A stretch of DNA of 56,508 nucleotides from positions 1 to 56,508 of the forward strand of contig NW_021832572.1 in assembly GCF_006345805.1 (NCBI RefSeq), written 5' to 3'. This document shows positions 26,897-39,361 of this stretch, one piece after another. The notes under the pieces are model-generated. The model ran no database searches. It was not told where the DNA came from and saw only the letters and a program-made list of their open reading frames with translations. This stretch comes from Octopus sinensis. Its lineage: Eukaryota. Both the position numbers and the translations under genes were made by a program. Every line of letters starts with the position of its first letter. Position 1 is the first letter of the stretch.

Positions 26897-27301
26897 TATA
26901 TAATTGTTAATGAGGACAAGAAACGCTAATGCAAGACAAACATCTCAAGTCATATACATATTTTTCCAATAATAATAATGTATTTGACTTGAGATGTTTG
27001 TCTTGCCTTAGCATTTATTGTCCTCTTTAACAATTAGACGTATATATAGATTTGTCAACGGGGATTTCAGGGGAGAGTTTCAGGGAGACGCTGGTGATGT
27101 ATCGTGATGATCAAAAATCTGCCCTGCTAAAATTTGGTTAAAGTGATTCAAACTGCAGACTCAACGCAAAATGGTCACATTTAATCCAAAGCGTTAAAAA
27201 TGTTATGAAAACAATTGGTATGTGTTCACAAAGTCCAAACGATTAATACAAAAAAACCTTCCAGGCTACATCCCGAAAATTCATTTCTTTGACGAATTTC
27301 T

Positions 27302-30300
27302 GTTTCTTTATTACCCACTAGGGGCGACATAGAACTTACGAATGATGAAATACATTTATATGCTTTTTGGGGTCAGTTAAAAATCTGGATGAAAAATAAA
27401 ATTCGAATGATTACACAATGGACAGTTTTACAAAGTTACAGAATGTAGTGGGGCTGGTCCACGGACCCCACGTTCCCCGCCACGACACTTAGCCTTGTGT
27501 TTTTCTTTTACAGCCTATCTCGTATTTGTGAGGGACCTTTTACTCACCACATTTTTCCACCTTTCATCAAACACTTTCTTACTCAGGCTCCTCCTCTCCA
27601 GTTGTATTTGTCTTTTCAGGTGGAATTTAAAGTATTCCACCAGACCAGAACCGGAGATGAAGTCGCCTGTTGGCATTTCTTTCACCCTTGTCTTCCATAC
27701 TGCCTGTTTCGCAGTTGAAACCACAGAGAGAAAACAATTCTTACCTTCTTTCGTTAAAAAATCAGGTGGGCTGATTTTTACAATGGATTCGGCTGATAGC
27801 TGTACTCTTCCTTCACTTGACATCAGTTGTTCGGCAAAAACCCACATATCTGTCACCTCCGGGCACTGCACGATCGCGTGCGAGACGGTTTCCCTGTCTC
27901 GCCCACATCTCGAACAGGTCGGGCTGACTGGGGCACCGTGCCTTGCAAGTTTGTCCCGAACAGGTAAGGCTCCTCGATAACACTGCCAAGCCAAAGACTT
28001 CTGGAAATTATCCAGTGCCTTCGGCCCGAATGTACGTTGGAACAGACTGGCCAGCTTATTATCGTCGAAACCTAGGGTTTCCCCTAGCGTATCATCGTTA
28101 CCGGCCTCTACCAACCCTCTATAAAACACAGTGGTAGAACCACTGCCGCAGGCATTGCCCGAGTGACGGAATAGTCGGAGTGCCGTACGACACTCCGTGT
28201 ACCACGTACCCAACTTCGATCTACGATTATACCACTCTTCCCGTCCACCGAAACTAGTGAACCTGGGGAACATCTGCTTCGCCAGCGGAGACCACACCCG
28301 TTCACCATCCAGTTGGAGCCACAGGTGCCTTAGCCTCAGCGCATTTCTGCGCATCATTAGCCACGGCATCCTAGTCCACCCTTTAACGGTTTTTGATAAC
28401 AAATAGAGCGTCTCACAAGTGGTTTCGAGCCCTTCCACAAGAAGCGGAAGAGCTGTCTTTCCAACCTGGTCAACCACGAATCCGGGCAAGGCACGACGGC
28501 AAGGCGGTAGGTGATCACCGATGCGATAAACTCATTGGCTACCTCCGCCCTACCTTTTAGGGATAACCACCGCCAAGACCAGGTCTTTACTACTGCGACC
28601 ACCCTGCTCGATACCTCGCTCCAGTTCCTCTCTATTTGGAGGCCTGGTCCAAACCAGACCCCGAGCTACTTAATCGGACCCTCCGTCCAACGTCCCACGA
28701 CGTTGTCTGGAGGCATCGACTTGCCTCTCCAGGTGCCGAGCTGCAAGCCGACTGACTTTTCCCGATTAAATTTTGCTCCTGTCACCGTCTCGTAAACCTC
28801 TATGGCCTTGCCTACTTTACGTAGGAGGTCCATTTCGGTCACGATGATAATGATGTCGTCCGCTGCCTCGGGATGCCACTCAGTTTTCGCAGCAGCGGCT
28901 CAAGAGCCACTACATACAAAAGCGGGGAGAGCGGACATCCCTGACGGACCGAGCGTTTGACCTTGAACGGCTTAGAAAGAAAGCCGTTCACCCGAACTTC
29001 CGAGTCGACGTTGTCGTACATTTCTATGATCCACCTGAGGAAGCCAAGACCTAGGCCGAACTGAGCCAGAACGGACACCAGATAATGATGGTCGACCCTA
29101 TCGAAAGCCTTTGACTGGTCTAAATGGACCACTGCCCCTCCCTTGCCGGGATCATTATCCATTCCCTCTATCGTGTATCTAATAAGATGGAGATTGTCCT
29201 GAATGGTTCTGCCCGGTACGGCGCACGTTTGCACTTTCCCGATCAGTCCATTCGCGACACGCGCCAATCTGTTCGATAACACTTTGGCCAAAATCTTCAA
29301 CTCTGCGTTAAGCAGAGTGATGGGCCTGAAATTATCCATGACGTCCCCCTTGCTTTGGTCCTTCCTGACTAGTGTCACCACTCCCCGGCGCACAGATTTG
29401 GGTATAAACCCATTCTGCTGCCAGTTTGCGTAGACGTTCGCCAGTAAGTCCCCGAACAAGTCCGGCATACTTTTATAAAGCTCGTAGGGCAGACCATCAG
29501 GTCCCGGCACCTTACCCGCACCGCAGTCTGCCATGGCCTCTGTTACCTCCTCAGGCGTGATCGGCTTCTCACTACACTCCGCGTCCCGCTCCGAGCGCGC
29601 GGCAGTCCGTCGAGGAGGTCCGTAAGGTCCCTCCTCCCATCCGCCCCCCCCCAAAGAGCTGGGCGAAGTGGTCCTGAAAAGCTTGACACACATCTCCTCG
29701 GGTTCGTCTGTCAACTTACCTTGTTGGTTCGTCAGAGATCGAATTGTGGCATTGTTGCCACGTTGGGCTTCCACCACTCGGGCCCATCCCGCGGCATTAA
29801 TTCTTTCGCTCCCCATTGTATGTTGTCTAGCCCTGACAATGCAACCCATGTGTTTGGCTTCGAGGTGCTGGTTTAAAACCAGTCTCTTGGCCTTCACCCG
29901 AGCCGCGTTGCCAGTTCACATTGCTTCCTCTAGGTCCTTAACTAGAGTAGTTTCTTTTCTAGCCTCTCTAGCTACGAGATCTATACTATACCTAATAGAC
30001 TCATATGTTATGGCTCGCTTGGGGGCATACCACCATTTGTTGTTGATAATGGAGCCGGTCATGGCCCTCTGGATCATTAACCTAATCCTGTCACTGTACT
30101 CCTTAATCGCCAAAAGGAACGTATTAAGTTTCCAGTAACCAGGACCTCTATTTATCTTATCTACGTCGAGCTTACAGGTGACCATCTTGTGGTCACTGTA
30201 GCTGACTATGTGGAGCTGTGGACTCTTAACTAGGTTTCTATTTACCTTCCTAATTAAAATCCTGTCTATGTATGACCTTGACGATCCGTCGCTGTTTGAC

Positions 30301-32720
30301 CATGTCCACAATGGAGCGTCCAGATGTTCCAGTCTATATGGATCTACCAGCTCAAAACGTCTTAGTAGATACAGGAAGCAAGCATTTCCTTTCCTGTCTG
30401 TTTGCAAGCCTTCACAGTCTACCCGCACATCGCAGATTGTGTTGAAGTCTCCTAACATTACTAAAGGGCACGATGTACTCAGAAACTTCTCCAGATTCCG
30501 AAAATAATCACTTTGCCCCTTATTGTTGGGTGCGTAAACTGCAACCAGTCTGATTGTCTTACGACTACTGAACGTCAAATCAACGACGACCAGCCTACCT
30601 TCTGGATCTGCAAAAATCAACTTTTTCTCAGAGACCCGGTTCTTTTTACACAGGACCAACACCCCGCTTCCGCCGAACGACGGGTTCGGAGAGATAATTC
30701 TCTCGTAACCGTCGAACAGCGGGAGCAGATCTCTGGGCCCCTTTAACCGGGTTTCTGTGGTAACAACAACATCTAGCTCCCGTGACCTGATGTCATTTAG
30801 GAGGCGCCCTTGCTTCCAGCTCGACATCAGGCCACGCACATTTATGCACCTTACACAAATACGAGACATTTACTTACCTTTACAACGGTGTTCCTGTTGG
30901 TCGTGGGGGGAAGTCCGCTTTAATAAGTGACTCGTGTACATAAAGCCGCGGACCCCTTATGTCTCCTGAATACTGCGCATTTAAAATATTAAAGTTTAGT
31001 AAATCCATTTTATATATTTCTACATTTTTTGTAATTTTCTATGAGTTTGTATTTTTTCAGCGGCTGGGATGATTCCCATCCCGCTGCTTAAACTGTCGTT
31101 GTCTTTGTTGATGGCTGTATAAACCACTTGGAACTCCGTGATTTTCTTTTGGGGGCTTTGTGGGGAGGTGATGGGGAGGAGGAGGAGTTTGGGGAGTATG
31201 AAGGGAGTACGGGGAGGTCATTTGGAGGGGAGGGTAATGCACGGTACTGTGGGGGTGGGGGTGGTTCGGGTTGGTCTGGGGGGGGGGTCTTATCTTCTTT
31301 TTCTTTTTGTGGGGAACCGTGTTTAGGTGGGGTGGGTTTTCCCCCTGTGTGTTAGTCTTTTTTGTACTATGATTGGGTATGTTTAGGTCCGTATTTTTCC
31401 TTTTTTTCATTTTCCTGGGTATCACGAAATCGTCATCCCCCTCTTGTATTTTTTTCTTCTTCTGTTTCAGTCGTTTTTCTCCTCCTCTCCTCTTCTTCAG
31501 CTTTTTTCCTTGCTTCTTCTTCTTCTTTCTTGCGGGTGGGGCATTCTGCTCGGATGTGGCCCTTTTCGCCAAACCCGTAGCATCTGGGCTTACGCCCTTC
31601 GACCACCACCCGCAAGTTTATTTCGTCGTCGAAATTAATGCACTCCGGCACCTCCTCTAACGTTTCCGGCGCCGCTTGCACTATTATTTGTAAAGCTTGT
31701 CCCTTCCAATTCTCCTTCTGGATTCTGACAATATTTATAATATTAATTTTTCCTTCCAGCCCCATAAATAGGGCTGGAATGAGGCTCTTTACCTCAATTT
31801 CCGGTGGTATTTCATCTATTTTAATTTTTGTTGTTCTTCTCCCCATATACGAGGGGGAGAAGAATTATATCTGTAGTTTTTAATGGGTTGATCGAGTATT
31901 TCCTCGCCTGTTCCTCCTCTTTAAAGTAGACCATTATCGTTGCATATTTCTTACCCCATGTAACGAAATCAATATCCGTCCATATTGGCTTGAGACATTT
32001 TTCGGCCTGTTCTTTAGTTATTTTTTCTATTTTTTTTCCTTAATGATAAACGATTTAAAAATTACCGTTTTCTTCATGGTCCTGGTTTTGATTTCTTGTG
32101 GGAGGGTGGCTTTTATGTTGTTCCCCGCCCTTTTAAACATTTCCTTGTATTTGTCATAGTCGATATCTTCAGGTTTGATTCCAACTGTTTTTCTTCCTGC
32201 TGCGGCTGCGAAGTTATACGTTTTATTCTCGTTTTCTACTGCTGGTGAACTTGGTTTAGAATCATTTTTCAACATAGCGTTTTCCTTTGTAGGAGAACCT
32301 ACAATATTTTCTTTAGAAGGTGAACCTTCATTGGCAACATCTTCGAATGTTTTATCCATTTTCAACAAATGAATGTATTTTTTTTGTTTAATTGCGCTAC
32401 AACGCACAATATATTTCACACACTATTTCCCCTCCTTATAGGAGGGGAATAACAAAGTTTTCCTGGTTCAAAAAACCAGTTAAAGTTCAATATAACAATT
32501 TAACAAACAATTTTTAAACAAACAATTCAACAATTTTAACAATATTTTGGCTTACGCGAATAAACACAACCGACTTCTTCAAAAATTCTTTGCCGAATTT
32601 CTACAATGTTTACGGCGATTCGTTTTTATATCTTGATTTTTTATTTTTCATGCAATTTACGCATGCTTGCACGCGTGGTGAACACAATTCACATCAAACA
32701 GCTGACTGAGTAAAGTTCAC
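27302..32720 (-). mobile_element. Tx1/L1-clade LINE, near full length, frameshifted
   Basis: ORF1 from about 32359 (MDKTF) to 31057 with a knuckle (CYGFGEKGHIRAEC). ORF2 has EN (29916-30869: TETRL, GDFN, SDH), RT (28839-29897: QGCPLSP) and a C-terminal CSRC...H...C finger (27515-28489). YADD is reduced to AADD by an upstream deletion. 5' limit approximate. Confidence 0.92.
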
Positions 32721-33238
32721 TGTTCAATGCATGGGATAAGGCCTAAACAAACACATTATCGAACTGGCAACGCGAGATGCACTTGCGAGATGAATTTCGG
32801 AACAGAAATAGCGGAGTTCAATTTTCATTCGCCTAAACTTTAAGTGACCCATTTTTGGTGGTTCTACGATTGTTGGCTAGGAGGAGATGTGCTGGGAAGT
32901 TAAACATACAGATACACACACAGATACACACACAGATACACACACAGATACACACATATACGCACAAGTTGAGTTTTATATATATAGATTTAAATAATAA
33001 GGGTGAAAAATTGAATATTAATTTGATTAATATCAATTTAAAACCAGTGGCCTAGCATATTGAAAATTCTGAAGATTCAGAAAAATTATATTACATACAT
33101 ATAAGAGGGATGACCACTAAGTAGATATCCATTATGCTAGAAGTAGACGCCCTATGGCCTTGCCACGAAGCAAAGATTGTTCTCAAGAAAATTCGGCAAA
33201 CGCCTGAACGTAAGAGAGCAAGACAAATGAAAAGACAT

Positions 33239-33463
33239 AAAATATAAAGGTTAATCGCAAACCGTATTTCATTGTTACCACTTACGCAATTACTTACGTA
33301 AACTCCGCAATTCATCAGTGTAATCGTCATAGCAAAATATAATTTGAAGAACTATACACGGGACGTCCGCTATGACGATCACAATGATGAATTGCGGACT
33401 TTACGTAAGTAATTGCGTAAGTGGTAACAATGAAATAGGGTTTGCGATTAAACTCTATATTTT
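33239..33463. repeat. Inverted repeat, about 95-bp arms, 35-nt spacer
   Basis: 33239-33333 versus 33369-33463, with a handful of mismatches (core ttcattgttaccacttacgcaattacttacgtaaa). Confidence 0.9.
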
Positions 33464-33622
33464 GTATCTTTTCATTTGTCTTGCTCGCTTACTTTCTGGC
33501 GTTTGCTGAATATATATATATAGTTAATCCAAACAAGAAAGCACAAAAAAAACACAACAACGCGAGGACGTGGAACAAATATAGTATTATTGGACGCTCA
33601 GGAAAGAAGGAAAGAAGGAGGG

Positions 33623-33657
33623 TTTTTACGTTTCGAGCGGAGCTCTTCGTCGGAAAC
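33623..33657 (-). ncRNA. Minimal hammerhead-like motif with a variant core (CCGACGA)
   Basis: Minus strand: ttt CCGACGA a gagc-tcc-gctc GAAA cg TA aaa. Palindromic ACGT stem III; U4 replaced by C. Confidence 0.55.
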
Positions 33658-34025
33658 ATAGGAGAAGGAAATATCCAGAGAAGGGAAGACAGAGGAAAAA
33701 TATCGCCAACTGTACACACGCGGTCACACACACACATATATATATATATATATAGTTTCCGAATTTGTGTAAATGTGTATAGAATAATATATCAGGTGAA
33801 TAAACTTACGACATGGTCTGGTTTTCACGTATTTTATTATTGTATTTAAACAATTATCTACTATGTTGAAGTGTGTTAAACATAAAAAAAATATATGGTA
33901 GTGTTCATAAAGATCAATTAGTGCTTTCATACGTTCGTAGTAACCATCAGATTTCAAAATGTATTTAACTGACAGCTGAATTCTTGACAACTGTAGTAAA
34001 ATGACTTCTTCCTCTTTATACTTTA

Positions 34026-34396
34026 CTAGCAGTATCGCCCGGCGTTGCTCGGGTTTGTAAGGGAAATAACTATAAAGCATTTTTAGAGAGTTATAGCCAA
34101 AAAATGGAAAAAAAATGATGGTAAATTTTTTTTAGTTAAAAAGGTCGAGTTGCGTCCCCTAGACAGTCTGTGGTTTGTGTTTCTGATTCTCGACTCCATG
34201 TCGAATTTATCGATTTTTTTTCAGAACTGGGGGAACTTTTCAAAATTTTCGCTGCGTTAGTTTTGAATTATGACATTGGGCTATGTGTGTGTCAAGTTTC
34301 ATCAGAATCGGTTGAAAGCCGTGGTCAGGGTGAGGGTACAACCTGACAGACACACAGAAACACACAGAGACAAACTGCCGTTTATATATAGAGAGA
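34026..34396 (-). mobile_element. Non-autonomous Helitron
   Basis: TC...CTAG ends, A|T insertion site. Near reverse complement of 34916-35285. Confidence 0.9.
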
Positions 34397-34639
34397 TAGA
34401 AGGTTCCGACTAGCTGGATTTTTGGAATACAGTTTCGACAAATCAGGATACTGCTTAAACGTCACGGTTTTCCGGGCGCACAGATAATACTGGCATAGAT
34501 TTCGCCTTTATTTTATCCAATTAGCTTGCAGTTTACATGTAAGGGTTTTATTAGTGAGCAAACTTAGTTTCTATTTCAATCGGTGGGTGTTCTGTAATTT
34601 GTTTATATTCATATGTTAAAGATATTTTTTAATCCACAT

Positions 34640-36050
34640 CATTAATTGGTTGTTATATTATTGCTGTTATTTCTGTTCAGAACAGGTTTGAACATTTTAA
34701 TAAGACGTTTTCTTTTATATTTCTTCCAACTTCACTTGCGTGATTTAGTTTGTGGAAAGGAAAAATTAGAAACATTTTCTGATTACATATTTCTATATGT
34801 TCGCTCAATGGCATTTTGCGAGCATTACTGTCCCGGATTTGTTGACTCGTGAGCGTTCCGATATGTGTTCCCTGTCTCGCTAATAGACAGTTCCTCGCAA
34901 TTATGTCATTTAATATCTCTCTCTATATAAACGGCAGTTTATCTGTCTGCGTGTCTGTGTGTCTGTTAGGTGGTACCCTCACCCTGACCACGGCTTTCAA
35001 CCGATTCTGATGAAACTTGACACACACATAGCCCAATGTCATAATTCAAAACTAACGCAGCGAAAATTTTGAAAAGTTCCCCCAGTTCTGAAAAAAATCG
35101 ATAAATTCGACATGGGGTCGAGAATCAGAAACACAAACCACAGACTGTCTAGGGGACGCAACTCGACCTTTTTAACTCTCAAAAAAATTTACCATCATTT
35201 TTTTGCTATTTTTTGGCTATAACTCTAAAAATGCTTTATAGTTATTTCCCTTACAAACCCGAGCAACGCTGGGCGATACTGCTAGTAGTAGATAAAATTT
35301 CTGTTGATATCTGCATTTGTGAAAACCTGTCCATTTTTGCGTTCTAATGGATCTACCAGTATGCGTGTATTAACACGTTCTACATCTGTTATCATTACAC
35401 TTGGATATTGAATGTTTCATCCTATTTGTTCATGTTGAATTTTGCCTTTGTTAATAATTTCTTTAGGCTATTAGATTGCCTTTTATTTAAGATAAGTGTT
35501 TGATTCTTTTTTATGTTTTTTGATTTTTCACTTTGTTTCATGATAGGCAAATTTATTTTGGTGATGTTAAAAATGTTCTGGTGATGCGAATTGTGTTACT
35601 AGAAATGGTATTGTGTTCCGTTGTTGACTTCGTCTTTCTCGTGTTGCCCTCAGCTGTTCTATAGGTATCTCTTTTGCTCGTTGTAGGCTATTTTCTATAA
35701 CTCGGAGAAGGTGTTTTTGCTTGAGCAGAAATAATTTCAGTTCTGAAAGTTGTATGTTGCTGGTATTTGTATCATCTACTATAATACAAAGTTTCCTAGC
35801 TAGACAGTACGGGATGTTGCGCATTCTGTATGTTGGGTGGCATGATTTGAAATTTAAGTTCTGGTGTGGTATCTGCGCTTTTGTAATAAATATCAATTGT
35901 GATTATGGTGCTGTGTTTAATTACCAATTATGTCAAGAAGTGGTAATTGTGTGTTGCTAATTTCCCTTGTGAATTTGAGACCAGGGTGTAGATTGTGGAA
36001 GTTAATCCTGCAGTATAATTTGTAAAAGGTCATAGTATTAATAATTAGTT
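34640..36050 (-). mobile_element. Penelope-like element remnant (RT thumb + GIY-YIG), interrupted by a Helitron
   Basis: LHPGLKFTRE and NFKSCHP...IPYCLARK (PLE RT C-terminus). Removing the Helitron restores IYYIK*HNCEELSISETGN, then MPLSEHI...IFPFHK. Confidence 0.8.
34916..35285 (+). mobile_element. Non-autonomous Helitron inserted in a PLE endonuclease domain
   Basis: A|TCTCTCTCTATATAAAC ... cccgagcaacgctgggcgatactgCTAG|T. Confidence 0.9.
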
Positions 36051-36674
36051 CCACGAGTGTACACGAAGGAGGATGTAAACCATTTCGTTTTCTTATGTAC
36101 TGTTAAACAATAAAGAAATTTAAGGAAGCGATAAAGAGATAAAGCGATTAATAAGGGATTAAACGATCAAGTCAGAGTTATGTCCCTTGATCATTTACAC
36201 GCCGCAGCACTAGTTGTGAAAAAGAAAGACGGCTTTTAACTTGTAAATCAGTATCTTAATCATTTGAGAAGAAAGTCGAAGGGAGATAACTCCCTATTTT
36301 ATCTGTTTAATAGATATTCACATGTAAACTTTCATGCAAGCCAACGAGAAAGCGTTTAATAGTTACAAGTTCTGATTGAAGTAGCAGTCAAATTTCATTC
36401 TAATACTACGCTACCGTCTTAAAAAAAATCTATGGTTATTGCTGGAACACTTTTGAGTATAGCTGTGCTTGGTGTGCATTTAAACAACCACAATCTAACT
36501 TTATGTAAGATTGGAGTAACTATTCTAGTCCAGGACTCAATGGAATGTCTGTAGTGTGGTATGAAGAAATAACAGTCAGATGCTTTATGCACATGACGAT
36601 TCCAATTCTACATGACATAAAAACGGACATTTATTTAATTATGGCTAAGATTCAATCCGGTATACACACATACA

Positions 36675-36749
36675 AGCATATATATATATATATATATATA
36701 ATATATATATATGTATATATGTATATATATATATATGTATATATATATG

Positions 36750-36816
<67 letters not shown>

Positions 36817-36992
36817 GTATTATATATATATGTATATATGTATATATATATATATATATATATAGTATATATATATATATGCATGTATATATGTATATAT
36901 GTATATATGTATATATATATATATGTATATATGTATATATATGTATATATGTATATATATATGTATATAGTATATATATATATGTATATATG

Positions 36993-37061
<69 letters not shown>

Positions 37062-37463
37062 GTATATATATGTATATATGTATATGTATATATATATGTA
37101 TATATGTATATGTATATATATATGTATATATGTATATGTATATATATATGTATATATGTATATGTATATATATTATGTATATATATATATGTATATATGT
37201 ATATGTATAATATATATATATATATATATATGTATATGTATATATATGTATATGTATATATATGTATATAATATATATGTATATATGTATATGTATATAT
37301 ATGTATATATATATATGTATATATGTATATGTATATATATGTATATATATATATGTATATAATGTATATATGTATATATATATATATATGTATATATATG
37401 TATATATGTATATATATATATGTATATATGTATATATGTATATATGTATATATATATAATATG

Positions 37464-37494
<31 letters not shown>

Positions 37495-37629
37495 GTATAA
37501 TATATATATATGTATATATGTATAGTATATATATATATGTATATAGTATATGTATATATATATGTATATATGTATATGTATATATATATGTATATATGTA
37601 TATGATATATATATGTATATATATATATG

Positions 37630-37662
<33 letters not shown>

Positions 37663-37856
37663 ATGTATATGTATATATATGTATATGTATATATATGTAT
37701 ATATATATATATGTATATATGTATATGTATATATATGTATATATTATATGTATATATGTATATGTATATATATGTATATATATATATGTATATATATGTA
37801 TATATATATATATATGAATATGTATATATATATATATATACGTATATATAATATAT

Positions 37857-37893
<37 letters not shown>

Positions 37894-37894
37894 G

Positions 37895-37925
<31 letters not shown>
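36675..37925. repeat. Compound (TA)n/(TATG)n microsatellite, about 1.25 kb
   Basis: Direct reading; source of the Y/I/M/C-rich ORFs. Confidence 0.95.
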
Positions 37926-38136
37926 TATGTGAAATAGAAAGATGAATAATCTTGTAGTAGATTAATCAAAAGTTTAACCGATACCTTAGTAGCAAAAATC
38001 ACAGCAGTAAACAGCACGGTTGGAGGTACAACCATATGGTGTTGCAACCGTGCGTTGGTGCGGATAATTGAAATTAAAACATTATTGGTGAATTGAAGAA
38101 ATGGAGCTGAACGCAGATTGAACAGAAATCGTTTTA

Positions 38137-38225
38137 TTTCATTCTACACGTGTTTCGAAAGGCACAAATTACCAAAACCCGATTGAATAATGGGACCATA
38201 TTGTGTCTTTCTCTTCAGGAAGAAA
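38137..38225 (-). ncRNA. Type I hammerhead ribozyme with extended loop II (family H1, copy 2)
   Basis: Minus strand: tttcttc CTGAAGA gaaag-[45 nt]-ctttc GAAA cacgtg TA gaa-t-gaaa. Compensatory changes relative to copy 1. Confidence 0.75.
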
Positions 38226-38342
38226 ATAGGAAATCCGTTGGAAAAACAAAAACAGAACAGAGGCGGAGCAAAAACAAATCGAACTATGCTCCTAAGAGCC
38301 CATGGCGAAACTGTTTATCAGTGTATGTTGAGAACCGGTTCT

Positions 38343-39127
38343 TGAGGTGAAATAATTGTGCCGTATTGTTGTTATGAGATGAGAGTGCGATTTTTGTTTT
38401 GGGCGGATGGCACGGGGCCCAAGCCTTGGATGTACCTTAAAGGTTATGCCAACATCATTTGGGCAATGCTGATGGAATATTTTCCACATCATGCAGATGA
38501 TGTAGCGCTCACGACGACGTTGGAGAGAATAGAGTTTTAGCTTTTCTAGTCGACCCCAATAGTCGAGGCCTGTCATGCCATCTATCTTTTTTGTGATTGC
38601 CCTTTGAGGTGCTTCAACTTTTATGATACCTTGTATTGTGTGGGGAGACCACAGTGGACAACAGTATTCAAGGTGGGGTCGGGCAAAAGTGGAGAAGAGA
38701 AGGATAATGGTGTGGATATCTCTCGACTGGAAAGTTCTGAGAATCCAGGAACACATTCTGCGGGCCATGTCAACTTTGGTGTTTATATGAGTGGCCCAGC
38801 TTATGTTGTTGTCCACAATTACTCCCAAGTCTCTGATGTTGTTGGACGCCGCGAGAGTTTCACCTGAAGGAAGGGAGTATGGGAGTTTCAGGGCATCCTC
38901 TTTTCCAAAGTGGATTAGCTCAAATTTATCCTCGTTCAGCAGCATATTGTTTTTTTCTGCCCATTGGATAACAGCCAGTAGATCTGACTGAAGGCATGTC
39001 CGGTCACTCGCCTCATTTATGACCTTCTGTAGCTTGGAGTCAACTGCAAAGATTTTTATGTTGCTGTGCTTGATGATGTCATTAATGTCATTAATGTAAA
39101 TGATGAAAAGAAGTGGTCCCAGCACAC
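38343..39127 (-). mobile_element. CR1-type LINE family B internal fragment, truncated at both ends
   Basis: Near duplicate of about 39630-40410. Catalytic FADD reads FAVD. Ends abruptly at HNYFTS. Confidence 0.9.
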
Positions 39128-39133
39128 TGTATG

Positions 39134-39235
<102 letters not shown>

Positions 39236-39259
39236 TATATATATGTATATATATGTATA

Positions 39260-39324
<65 letters not shown>

Positions 39325-39361
39325 TATATATATGATATATATATATATATATATGTATATA

